Shown one piece after another: positions 1 to 12,110 of a DNA stretch of 64,000 nt. The translations under genes and the position numbers were made by a program. Source of the DNA: Antechinus flavipes (taxonomy: Eukaryota); the NCBI RefSeq assembly GCF_016432865.1, contig NC_067400.1, positions 582,552,001 to 582,616,000 of the forward strand, read 5' to 3'. The notes under the pieces are model-generated. The model saw only the letters and a list, made by a program, of their open reading frames with translations, was not told the origin of the DNA and did not search any database. Position 1 is the stretch's first letter, and each line of letters opens with the position of its first letter.

Positions 1-923
1 AAAAGGAAGAAGAAAAAAAGAGGAAGAAGAAAGATGGCGGAGCAGGCACACATGACTCTCTAAGCTCCTCTCATTACCCTCATAACCAATTATTTAATCC
101 AGCCTCAAAAATAACTCTTCACTACAATTTACCAGCCGAAGTCAATCCGGAAGATCGCCAGGAAAGGTTTGTCCTGAGGGGCCAGGAACAGATCAGCACA
201 GGCAGCGAGAGGCTGGCGTCCTGAGCAGACCAGGGGCAGGAGTGATCTCTGTGGCTAGAGAAGTTATAGGAACCACTCTGCTATAGGCTAACTGCTCTGC
301 CTTGATTACAAAGCAGTAAACTGGCAGAGAAATTAAAGCCTAAAACAGAGGGTCCTCTAAAAAACACCAGAACCTAATGAGATCTGGCTGTAAACCTTCA
401 AACCCGGAAGTGACTCAGGCAGACTTTACCACAGCCCTGCGGTCACATCCTGCAGTTCTGGGCTTTTGCAGGGGCAGTTACTAATCTGCACGGCAGGGGG
501 GCACAGCCTGGGCAGCCTCTAATCTGCAGAGACTCAGCCTGGGGCAATAGAACCTCCCCAGCTGACTGTGCTTTGGGGCAGACACATCTGGTCCCAGCAA
601 ATCCATTCACTGCTCTGCTGCTAACACCCACAGCCCCAGGGCAGGCTTTGGCTTAGGAAGTGAAATTCTCACTGCTCAGCATCTAGCCCCAGGGCAGTCG
701 TTATCTCACACAGCAGGGGTTCTTTGAAGGGCACTTTCCCAGCTCGGCCCTGCAGGCCTGAATTACTTTGGGGTGGGGAACTCTTTCCCAGAGCACTCCA
801 GTTCCTCGATGCTTTTTGTAGCCATCTGGCAGAACAGCTACCCGTCCATATACCTTTCACTGCTCTGCAGAGGAAGCTGGTAACCTCCTGGCTCTGAAGG
901 CAGACCTTACAGGCTTTAACAAA

Positions 924-1371
924 ATGAGTAAAAAAATCAAAAGAACGATTGATAGTTTCTATACAGAAAGAGAACAGCTTTTCAACCCTGAAGAGACTAA
1001 TAGCAGACAGTCTCCAGACAATTGTTAGTCTCCAATACAAAAGACTCCCCTAGAAGAGACTATTAAAAACCTTAAAAGAGAGCTAGAAGAGAAATGGGGA
1101 AAGGAAAGAGAAGCTATGCAAGAAAGTACAGAAAAGGCACATAACTCACTAAAAGAAAAATTTGATAAAGTGGAAAAAGAAAACAACTTCCTGAAATGTG
1201 AATTGGAAAAGGTAAAAAACTCCCAAGAAGTACAGGGAAACAGAATTTGCGAATTGGAAAAAGAAAATAACTCACTAAAAAATAAATAAATAAAAATTAA
1301 AAAAAAAAAAATTAGTGAAATGGAAAAAAATTCCATAGAGCAAAACAACTCAATTGGGCGTATACAAAAAG

Positions 1372-1408
<37 letters not shown>

Positions 1409-2108
1409 ATGAAGAAAATAACTCACTAAAAATCAGAACTGAACAAATAGAAATGACTGATTCATTGAGACATCAAGAATCAGTCAAGCAAAACCAAAAA
1501 AATGAAAGATTAGGAAAAAATATCAAATATTTACTTGGAAAAACAACAGACCTGGAAAATAGATCTAAGAGAGATAACCTGAGGATCATCGGACTACCAG
1601 AAAATTATCATGTAAAAAAGAGCCTAGATACTATTTTACAGGAATTCATCAAAGAGAACTGCCCAGAAGTAATAGAACCGGAAGGGAAAATAGGCATTGA
1701 AAGAATTCATCGAACACCTTCTGAAAAGACCCTAAAATAAAGACTCTGAGGAATATTGTGGCCAAACTTCAGAATTTTCAGACAAAAGAAAAAAATTTAC
1801 AAGCAGCCAGGAAAAAACAGTTCAAATACCAAGATGCCACAATAAGGGTCACGCAAGATCTGGCTGCCTCAACATTAAAGGATCAAAGGGCCTGGAATCA
1901 GATATTCCAAAAGGCAAAAGAACTTGGAATGCAGCCAAGAATAAACTACCCAGCTAAGCTGAGTATTTTTTTCCATGGAAGAAGATGGACATTTAATGAA
2001 ATAGAGGAATTCCATCTGTTTCTAAGGAAAAAAACAGACTTAAATAAAAAATTTGATCTCCAACAACAGGAATCAAGAGAAGTAGAAAAAGGTAAAAGGA
2101 ACTCTTGA
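924..2108 (+). pseudogene. L1 ORF1p remnant (coiled coil plus RRM/CTD), disrupted
   Basis: ATG at 924. Fragments include ENRSKRDNLRIIGLPE and INYPAKLSIFF, typical of ORF1p. Broken by stops and A-rich insertions at ~1280-1310 and ~1375-1405. Confidence 0.9.
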
Positions 2109-2600
2109 GAACTGTATTTCTGTTGTGGATATACATAAAAACCATATGTATGTATAATTTGATTTTACTGATATAACATAAAAAAGGGAAGTAGAAATGG
2201 AAAGAGGATAGTGTCAGAAAAAGGGAAGAGGGGAGATAAAAAGAGGGAAAGTACATGCGACAATGAGGCAAAGGAAACCTATCATATATGAGGGAACTTA
2301 GAGAGGGGGAAGAACAGTGTGTGAATCCTACTCTCATCACAGTTGGCTCAAAGAGGAAAACATTGACACAATTGTTTTACAGAGATTCTTCTCTCACTTC
2401 ATTAAAAAGTGGGAGAGGAAAAGGGAGAAGGAAAAAGAGTAATAAGGGAAGGGTACAAGAAAGGGGAAGAGATTCAAAGGGAGGAGGGAGAGATACTAAA
2501 GAGGGAGAGCTACATGACATTAGTGGGACCAATAAATTTAATACTAGGGAAGAAGGGAAGGAGGGCAAGAAAAAGAAAAGTATAATCTGGGGATATTAGG

Positions 2601-5600
2601 ATGGCAGGAAATACAGAATTGGTTATTTTAACCATAAATGTGAATGGGATGAACTCTCCCATAAAGAGGAGGCAGCAGACTGGATCAAAAGTCAGAACCC
2701 TACAATCTGTTGTTTACAGGAAACACATTTAAAACAGGGAGATACATACAGAGTAAAGGTAAAAGGCTGGAGCAGAATCTATTATGCTTCAGGTGAAGTC
2801 AAAAAAGCAGGGGAAGCCATCCTTATCTCAGATCAAGCAAAAACAAAGATTGATCTAATTAAAAAAGAGAAGGAAGGAAACTATATCTTGCGTAAGGATA
2901 CTATAGACAATGAAGCAATATCAGTATTAAACATCTATGCACCAAGTGGTTTCCTTAAAGAGAAATTAAGAGAGTTGTGAGAAGAAATAGACAGCAAAAT
3001 TATAACAGTGGGAGATCTCAATCTTGCACTCTCAGATTTAGATAAATCAAATCACAAAACAAATAAGAAAGAAATTAAAGAGGTAAATAGAATATTAGAA
3101 AAATTAGGTATGATAGATCTCTGGAGAAAACTGAATGGTGACAGAAAAGAGTATACTTTCTTCTCAGCAGTTCATGGAACCTACACAAAAATTGACCATA
3201 TATTAGGACATAAAGACCTCAAAATTAAATGCAGGAAGGCAGAAATAGTAAATGCTTTCTTTTCAGATCACAATGCAATAAAAACTACATTCAACAAAAA
3301 GTTAGGTGTAAATAGACCAAAAAGTAATTGGAAACTAAATAATCTCATCTTAAAGAATGATTGGGTGAAATAGCAAATTATAGACACAGTTAATAATTTC
3401 ACTCAAGATAATGACAATGATGAGACATCATATCAAAATTTATGGGATGCAGCCAAACCAGTAATAAGGGGAAATTTTATATCCTTAGAGGCTTACTTGA
3501 ATAAAATAGAAAAAGAGAAGATCAATGAATTGGGCCTGCAACTTAAAAAGTTAGAAAAAGACCAAATTAAAAACCCCCAATCAATTACTAAACTTGAAAT
3601 TCTAAAATTAAAAGGAGAAATTAATAATATAGAAAGTAAAAAAAAAAACTATTGAACTAATAAATAAAACTAAGAGTTGGTATTATAAAAAAACAATAGA
3701 ATTGATAAACCTTTGGCAAATCTGATTAGAAAAAGGAGAGAGGGAAATCAAATTAGCAGTCTTAAAAATGAAAAGGGAGAACTTTCCACCAAGGAAGAGG
3801 AAATTAGAGAAATAATAAGGGGTTACTTTGCCCATCTTTATGCCAATAAATTTGATAACCTAAGCGAAATGGATGACTACCTCCAAAAATATAGGCTTCC
3901 TAGATTATCAGAGGAGGAAGTAAATTGCTTAAATAGTCCCATTTCAGAAAAAGAAATAGAACAAGCTATTAATCAACTCCCTAAAAAAATCCCCAGGACC
4001 AGATGGATTTACATGTGAATTCTACCAAACATTCAAAGAACAATTAGCCCCAATGCTTTATAAACTATTTGAAAAAATAGGGAATGAAGGAGTCCTACCA
4101 AATTCCTTTTATGACACAGACATGGTACTGATACCTAAACCAGGTAGGTTGAAAACAGAGAAAGAAAATTATAGACTAATCTCCCTAATGAATATTGATG
4201 CTAAAATCTTAAATAAGATATTAGCAAAAAGACTACAGAAAATCATCCCCAGGATAATACACCATGATCAAGTAGGATTTATTCCAGGAATGCAGGGATG
4301 GTTCAATATTAGGAAAACTATCAGTATAATTGACCATATTAATAATCAAATTAACAAAAACCATATGATCATCTCAATAGATGCAGAAAAAGCATTTGAT
4401 AAAATCCAACATCCATTCCTATTAAAAACTCCTGAGAGTATAGGAATAAATGGACTTTTCCTTAAAATAATCAATAACATCTATTTAAAACCAACAGTAA
4501 GCATCATATGTAATGGGGACAAACTGCAACCATTCCCAATAAGATCAGAAGTGAAACAAGGTTGCCCACTATCACCGTTACTATTTAATATTGTATTAGA
4601 AATGCTAGCTTTGGCAATAAGAGTTGAGAAAGAGATTAAAGGAATAAGAATAGGCAATGAGAAAACCAAATTATCACTCTTTGCTGATGATATGATGGTA
4701 TACTTAGAGAACCCCAGAGACTCTACTAAAAAGTAATTAGAAACAATCCACACCTTCAGCAAAGTTGCAGGATACAAAATAAACCCACATAAGTCATCAG
4801 CATTCTTATATATCACTAACAAAACCCAACAGTTAGACTTACAAAAAGAAATTCCATTTAAAGTAACTACTGATTGTATAAAATATTTAGGAATCTATCT
4901 GCCAAGGGAAAATCAGAAACTTTATGAGCAAAACTACAAAACACTTTCCACACAAATTAAGTCTGATCTAACCAACTGGAAAAATATTAAATGCTCTTGG
5001 ATTGGGCGAGCAAATATAATGAAGATGACCATACTACCTAAATTAATCTATTAATTTAGCGCTATACCAATCAGACTCCCAAAAAACTACTTTGATGAAC
5101 TAGAAAAAATAACAACAAAGTTCATATGGAAAAACAAAAGATCAAGAATTTCAAGGGAATTAATGAAAAAAAATCAAATGAAGGTGGCCTAGCTGTACCA
5201 GATCTAAAATTATATTATAAAGCAGCAGTTACTAAAACCATCTGGTATTGGCTAAGAAATAGACTAGTTGATCAATGGAATAGGTTAGGTTCAAAGGACA
5301 AAACAGCCAATAATTTTAATAATATAGTGTTTGACAAACCCAAATAACCCAGTTTCTGGGATAAGAATGCATTATTTGACAAAAATTGCTGGGAAAATTG
5401 GAAATTAGTATGGCAGAAACTAGGCATTGACCCACACTTAACACCGTACACCAAGATAAGGTCAAAATGAGTTCATGATCTAGACATAAAGAATGAGATT
5501 ATAAATAAATTGGAAGAGCATAGGATAGTTTACCTCTCAGACCTGTGGAGGAGAGAGGAATTTATGACCAAATAAGAATTAGAGATCACTATTGACCACA

Positions 5601-6418
5601 AAATAGAAAATTTTGATTATATCAAAATGAAAAGTTTTTGTACAAACAAAACAAATGCAGACAAGATTAGAAGGGAAACAATAAACTGGGAAAACATTTT
5701 TACAATCAAAGGTTCTGATAAAGGCCTCATTTCCAAAATATATAGAGAATTGACTCTAATTTATAAGAAATCAAACCATTCTCCAATTGATAAATGGTCA
5801 AAGGATATGAACAGACAATTCTCAGATGAAGAAATTGAAACTATCCATAGACATATGAAAATATGCTCCAAATCATTATTAATCAGAGAAATGCAAATTA
5901 AGACAACTCTGAGATACCACTACACACCTGTCAGATTGGCTAGAATGACAGGGAAAGATAATGTGGAATGTTGGAGGGGATGTGGGAAAACAGGGACACT
6001 GATACATTGTTGGTGGAATTGTGAACACATCCAGCCATTCTGGAGAACAATTTGGAACTATGCTCAAAGAGTTATCAAACTGTGCATACCCTTTGATCCA
6101 GCAGTGCTACTACTGGGCTTATACCCCAAAGAGATACTAAAGAAGGGAAAGGGACCTGTATGTGCCAAAATATTTGTGGCAGCTCTGTTTGTAGTGGCTA
6201 GAAGCTGGAAAATGAATGGATGCCCATCAATTGGAGAATGGTTGGGTAAATTGTGGTATATGAATGTTATGGAATATTATTGTTCTGCAAGAAATGACCA
6301 GCAGGATGAATACAGAGAGGCTTGGAGAGACTTACATCAACTGATGCTAAGTGAAATGAGCAGAACCAGGAGATCATTATATACCTCAACAATGATACTG
6401 TTTGAGGATGTATTCTGA
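2601..6418 (+). pseudogene. L1 ORF2p remnant (APE endonuclease, reverse transcriptase, C-terminal CCHC), multiple stops and frameshifts
   Basis: ATGGCAGGA at 2601, endonuclease motifs (GDLN, SDHNAI), RT motifs ([20 protein letters not shown]) and CWRGCGKTGTLIHCWWNC. Confidence 0.95.
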
Positions 6419-6879
6419 TGGAAGTGGATCTCTTCGATAAAGAGAGCTAATTCAGTTTCAATTGATCAAAGATGGACAGAAGCAGCTACAACCAAAGAAA
6501 GAACACCGGGAAATGAATATAAACTGCTTGCATTTTTATTTTTCTTCCCGGGTTATTTATACCTTCTGAATTCAATTCTCCCTGTGCAACAAGAAAACTG
6601 TTCGGTTCTGCACACATATATTGTATCTAGGATACACTGTAACCTATTCAACATGTAAAGGACTGCTTGCCATCTGGGGGAGAGGGTGGAGGGAGGGAGG
6701 GGAAAAATAGGAACAGAAGTGAATGCAAGGGATAATGCTGTAAAAAATTACCCTGGCATGGGTTCTATCAATAAAAAGTTACCAAAAAAAAAAAAAAAAA
6801 GAAGAAGAAGAAAAGAGGAGGAAGAGGAAACATACTCATTGATTCTCATTGCTTTTTCTAGACTGAATGTTTATATATT

Positions 6880-7373
6880 TTTTTCAAATACATACAAAGA
6901 TAGTTTTCATCATTCACCTTTGCAAAACTTTGTGTTCCAAATTTTTCTCCCTACCTTCCCCAAACCCCTTCCCCAGATAGAAAGCAATCCTATATAGATT
7001 AAATATATACAATTCTTCTAAACATATTTCTATATTAGTCAGGCATGCAAGAAAAATCAAATCAAAAGGGAAAAAAATGAGCAAATAACAACAACTACAA
7101 CAACAAAAGGTGAAAATACTATGTTGTGATCCCCATTCAATCCCCAGAATGTTCTTTCTCTAGATACAGAGGGCTCTCTCCATCACAAGTCTATTGGAAT
7201 TTCTTTGAATCACCTCATTGTTGAAAAGAGCCAGGTCCATCAGAGCTGATCATCACATAACCTTGTTCCTTGTTACTGCTATATACAATGATCTGGTTCT
7301 GTTTGCTTCACTTAGCATCCGTTCATGTAAGTCTTTCCAGGCTTTTCTGAAATCATCCTCCTTGTCATTTCTT
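6880..7373 (-). mobile_element. Older L1 3' end, left part (continues at 10012-10376)
   Basis: Antisense L1 3' UTR/ORF2-end sequence that stops at CTTGTCATTTCTT and resumes in register at 10012. Confidence 0.75.
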
Positions 7374-8367
7374 TTTTTCTTTTTTTCTTTTTTTTTTTTG
7401 GCTTTATACAACTTTATCTTTTAAAAAAATTTATTAAAGCTTTTCATTGACAAAACATATGCATGGGTAAGTTTTCAACATTGACCCTTGCAAAACCTTC
7501 TGTTCCAAATTTTTCCTTCCTTTCTTCCACACCTCCCCTAGATGGCAAGTAGTCCAATACATGTTAAATGTGCTAAAGTATATGTTAAATCCAATATATG
7601 TATACTTATTTATATAATTATCTTGCTGCACAAGAAAAATCCAATCAAGAAGGAAAAGAAAAACTGAGAAAGAAAACAAAATGCAAGCAAATAACAACAG
7701 AGAGAGTGAGAATGCTATGTTGTGATCCACACTCAGCTCCCACGGTGCTCTCTCTGGGTGTAGATGGCTCGCCTCGTCACAGGATCATTGGAAATAGTCT
7801 GAATCGTCTCTTTGTTGAAGAAAGCCATGTCCATCAGAATTGATCATGTATAATCTTGTTGCTGTGTACAATGATCTCCTGGTTCTGCTCACTTCACTAA
7901 GCATCAGTTCCTGTAAGTCTCTTTAGGCCTCCCTGAACTCATCCTCCTGATCTTTTCTTATAGAACAATAATATTCCATAACATTCATATACCACAATTT
8001 ATTCAGCCATTCTCCAACTGATGGGCGTCCATTCAGTTTCCAGTTTCTGGCCACTACAAACAGGGCTGCCACAAACATTTTTTCATATGTGGTTCTCTTT
8101 CCTTTCTTCAGTATCTCTTTGGGATATAAGCCCAGTAGAAACACTGCTGGATCAAAGGGTATGCACAGTTTGATAACTTTTTGAGCATAGTTCCAAATCT
8201 CTCTCCAGAATGGCTGGATTCATTCACAGTTCCACCAACAATGTATCAGTGTCCCAGTTTTCCCACATCCCCTCCAACATTGATCATTATCTTTTTCTGT
8301 CATCTTCGTCAAGCTTACAGGTGCGTAACGGTACCTCAGAGTTATCTTAATTTGTATTTCTCTGATC

Positions 8368-9891
8368 CAGGGGTCCTCAAACTATGGCCCGAGGGCCAGA
8401 TGCAGCCCGCTGAGGATGTTTATGTGGCCTGCCAGGTTATGGCAAAATCAGACTGGAAGTGACGTTCGACCTAAATTCGCGTTAGCAACGCACACTTCTG
8501 GCACTGGGCTGAGGCGCAGAGACAGAGTGTGAGGCGATACCGAGGTGAGGTGAGTTCCCAGGTCGGGATGTGTGGTGTGGAGGAAGAGAGAGATGCAGAA
8601 GATGGAGAATTGACGGCCCATGACCTTGTACAGTAACGGTAGCCACCACAACAGACAGGCGCGGGGGATGTACGGTGCATGCTGCGCATGTCATGGCCGC
8701 TGCAGGGGGGAATTCACTGCAGCAGTGAAGGTCGGAAGCGGGAGCTCAAAGAGTGGAGAGAAGTGTGGGAAACAGAGGCATTACAGTGCAGAGGCAGCTT
8801 GGAGGAAGTTGAGCATTGCAGTCTGTATGTCTCTGTGTGGGCAAAGTTATTGCCGGTATATTGTTTTTGTAGCGCTGTGTATATATATTTGTATTTTACT
8901 AATAGCAATTTGGAATCTCTAGGAAATAATGATGTCAAGAAAAAAAAAAACTGACTCGGAGTGTAGGATATTCAAAGAACAGTGGACTTATGATTACTTT
9001 TATACAGTACAAGGAAAGAGCTATATGTCTGATATGCCAGAATATAGTGTCTGTGTTCAAAGAATATGATTTGCGTCGACACTATGAAACTCAACATAAA
9101 GATAAATATGATTGTCTGGTTGGAGAAGTAAAATTAGGCCTCCTCATCAAACAAGTGAAGGAGGAAAACTTCTGCCATCTCCCCACAACTCACAATCTGT
9201 TAGCGGAAAAACCGCTGATTGCATTCCCAAACAAAACATGTGTGGGTTCACTGGAAAAATTGCAAGAGGAGTTCCAATTTAGATTTAAAGAGCTTCATCT
9301 CCATGAACAGGACATACAGCTTTTCTGTAACCCATTGTCTATTGACATTGAAAATATGGATACAATTTACCAAATGGAACTGGCTGAACTGCAGAATTGT
9401 GACTCTCTGAAAGACGCATTCAAGTCAAGCAGCTTTCATAATTTCTATGCATCTCTTTCCTCTGAGACATATCCTCATCTCAGGAACCATGCACTCAAAA
9501 CAGCAACCATCTTGGGCAGCATTTATGTCTGTGAACAGACTTTTTTTCTAGAGTGAAACATCTGAAATCTCCAACCAGATCAAGACTAATGGATGCCCAC
9601 TTGCATCACTTGTTACGACTAGCAGTGACAAATATGGAACCAGACAATGAGTATCTCATTAGCCAAAAGCAGGCCCATAGTTCCCATTGAAATACTGGTA
9701 AGTTTGTCCATTTAACTTTACTTCATTTTAAATATTGTATTTGTTCCCGTTTTGTTTCTTCCCTTCAAAATAAGATATATGCAGCGGGCATAGGAATTTC
9801 TTCATAGTTTTTGTTTTTACTACAGTCCGGCCCTCCAACAGTCTGAGGGACAGTGAACTGGTCCCCTATTTAAAAAGTTTGAGGACCCCTG
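8368..9891 (+). mobile_element. hAT/Charlie DNA transposon, internally deleted non-autonomous copy, OposCharlie1 (OC1)-like
   Basis: Perfect 16-bp TIRs CAGGGGTCCTCAAACT (8368-8383) and AGTTTGAGGACCCCTG (9876-9891). Perfect 8-bp TSD CTCTGATC (8360-8367, 9892-9899). The OC1 name is from recall of the terminal sequence. Confidence 0.9.
8926..9689 (+). pseudogene. hAT transposase remnant: N-terminal C2H2/BED-like region fused by deletion to the C-terminal hATC dimerisation region
   Basis: ORF 8990..9556 has CLIC...LRRHYETQH followed directly by FQFRFKEL...YPHLRNHALK...GSIYVCEQTF. It is far shorter than a full transposase and frameshifted at both ends. Confidence 0.85.
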
Positions 9892-10011
9892 CTCTGATCA
9901 ATAGCGATGTAGAACATCTTTTCATATGATTAGAAATAGTTTAATTTCATCATCTGAGAATTGTCTGTTCCTATCCTTTGACCATTTATCAATTGGAGAA
10001 TAGATTAACTG

Positions 10012-10376
10012 CTTGTCATTTCTTACAGGATGATAATATTCCATTTTCATGTACCATTATTTATTTATTCATTCCCCAATAATGGGCATCCACTCAGTTT
10101 CCAGTTTCTTGCCACTACAAAGAGGGCTGCCACAGACATTTTTGCACATGTGGATCCTTTTCTCTCCTTTATGATTTCCTTCTGATAGACTCAGTAGTAG
10201 CCCTTTGATAGCCCTTTGAGAAGTTCCAAATTGCTCTCCAGAATGGTTGGATCAGTTCACAATTCTACCAACAACACTTTAGTGTCCCAGTTTTCTCACA
10301 TCCCCTCCAACATTTATCTTTATCTTTTTCTGCCATCTTAGACAATCTGAGAAGTGTGGTACCTCAGGGTTGTCAG
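10012..10376 (-). mobile_element. Older L1, right part
   Basis: Continues the antisense L1 ORF2-end sequence interrupted at 7373. Confidence 0.75.
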
Positions 10377-10979
10377 ACAACTTTAGCCACTATTGCCCAG
10401 TAACTCTCTTACTGCACTCTGAGGTTTATTCTATTTATCCCACTTGTGAGAGTATGAGAAGTTAGATTTCCACATATATTGTCAAAACAGGATGAAGGAA
10501 GCAGTGAGGTATCTTGTTAAGAGATCTCTAACCAATCACCATATGGGTCAAGGAACTGGCTAAACAACGAAGTTCCTGACAAAGGGACCCAGGCTTACCC
10601 TGGCCTGGCCCAAACTGGCTAGGGTTAATGACAGGGCTCAAGCCTTTTGACATGTGAAATGGGTGAATCAAGAGGATTGTAAATCTGACCAATTGTAATT
10701 AACTCATTTTGCAAATCCTACCAACCTAAAACCCTGAAGGGAGGAGTAAAGAATGAACCAACAGTATAAAGCTTGCTTTTGCTTCTGCATTTGGTGTGTC
10801 TCCCCACTGAGGAACCAGGTTCTCATGAGAACCCACTAAATAAAGGATTCTTCTCTCACTCTAAAAGAGCTTTGGTCATAACCCTACTCCTGGACCAGCT
10901 TGCAACAGGGGAAACAGTAGCCACTGGTCCTAGGTTTACTCCCCAACCCTGCTGAGTTCCACCGAATCTTTTGATAACA
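10371..10979 (+). mobile_element. Probable solo ERV LTR
   Basis: TG...CA ends possible, TATA-like GTATAAA at ~10765 and AATAAA at ~10839 in LTR order. No TSD found and the left boundary is uncertain (10371 or 10480). Confidence 0.45.
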
Positions 10980-11194
10980 CATCCAAGATAAAGCCTTATT
11001 GCAACCATCTACTTCTAGGTTATTCTTCTTCCTCTTTTAAACAGTAATTCCTGGCCCAGCTCTCCCTCAGAGGTAGCAATTAATCATTGAGATCCCCTCA
11101 AGCTCCCTATAGGTTCATCAGCCTTGGCTCTCATGACTTACATGCTACATCTATAATTTATAAAAGAAACTCAGGTCTCACTGGTCATTCTATG

Positions 11195-12110
11195 CTATGG
11201 TATTCTATCCTATTCTATCCCATCCTCTCCATTCCTCTCTTCAATTCTCTCCCTCTCCTGTTTCCTTTTTTCCCCTTTCCTCTCCTCCCTCTCTCTTCCC
11301 TTCTCTTCTCTCTTTCTCTCTACTCTTTCCCTCTCTCTTCTTTTCTCCCCTCCTCTCTTCCCTCTCTTCCACTCTTCTCCTATCCTCTGTTCATCTCTCT
11401 TCTCCTCTACTCCCTCTCTCTTTCCTCTCCTCTTTCTTTTTCTTTTCCTCTCCTCTACTTCCTTTTTCTCTCCTCTCCTCTTCTCCACTCTTTCTTCTCT
11501 TTCTCTTTTTCTTCTCCTGTCCTATGCTATGCTATCCTAATCTCTTTTCCTCTCTTCCCTCTTCCTCTTTTCTGCTTCCTTCCTTTTGTCTCCACCCTCT
11601 CTCCTCTCTTCTCCTTTCCTCATCTTCTTTCCTCTTTCTTCTCTTCTTCTTTTTTCCCCTCCTCTCCTCCCTTTTCCTCTCTTCCCCTGTCCTATTCATC
11701 TCTCTTCTCCTCTACCCTTTCCTTCTTTCCTCTCCTCTCCTTTTTTCTCCTCTCTTCTCTCTTTTTCTCTATTCTTTCCTCTCCTCTTTTCTCTCTTCCT
11801 CTCCTTCCCCCTTTTCCTCTCTCCCCCTGCCCTCTGTTCATGTCTCTTTGCTTCCATTCTCTCTTCTTTTCCTCTTTCCTTTTCTTTGCTCTTTTCTCAC
11901 TTCTCCCCTCCCTTCTCTTCTCCTCTCTTTTCCTCCCCTCCCCTCTCCTTTTCTTTATCTTCCTCTCCTCCCCTCTTTCCTCTGTCATACCTTCTTTCTC
12001 CCTCTACCTAAACCTATTCTTTGCTCTCCCGTCTGTGACCCTAAGGCCCCCCAGCTCTTCCCATTCTCTTAGTCAGACACTTCTTCATTGCCCACTTTCT
12101 TCTCTTCATT
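11195..12110. repeat. ~900-bp polypyrimidine/polypurine low-complexity tract (CT-rich)
   Basis: Almost exclusively C/T on the + strand with CTCTT/CCTCT motifs. Confidence 0.95.

Larger units (their letters stand above)
31..6800 (+). mobile_element. Full-length but decayed LINE-1 (5' UTR, ORF1, long inter-ORF spacer, ORF2, 3' UTR, poly(A))
   Basis: Starts with AAGATGGCGG (YY1-type L1 5' motif) at 31-40. ORF1 and ORF2 remnants follow in order, then a G-rich 3' UTR tract, AATAAA at ~6770 and an A tail at ~6785-6800. Confidence 0.95.
7374..10011 (-). mobile_element. Younger 5'-truncated L1 inserted into the older L1 and itself interrupted by a hAT element
   Basis: T-rich tail at ~7374-7430 and antisense ORF2 C-terminal coding (7923..8144 ORF). 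13-bp TSD CTTGTCATTTCTT at 7361-7373 and 10012-10024. Confidence 0.85.

Noticed and set aside
1-30. Possible TSD of the full-length L1 (GA-rich at 1-30 versus 6801-6830)
   Set aside because: Only loose similarity between low-complexity purine tracts, and the left flank is cut by the window edge.
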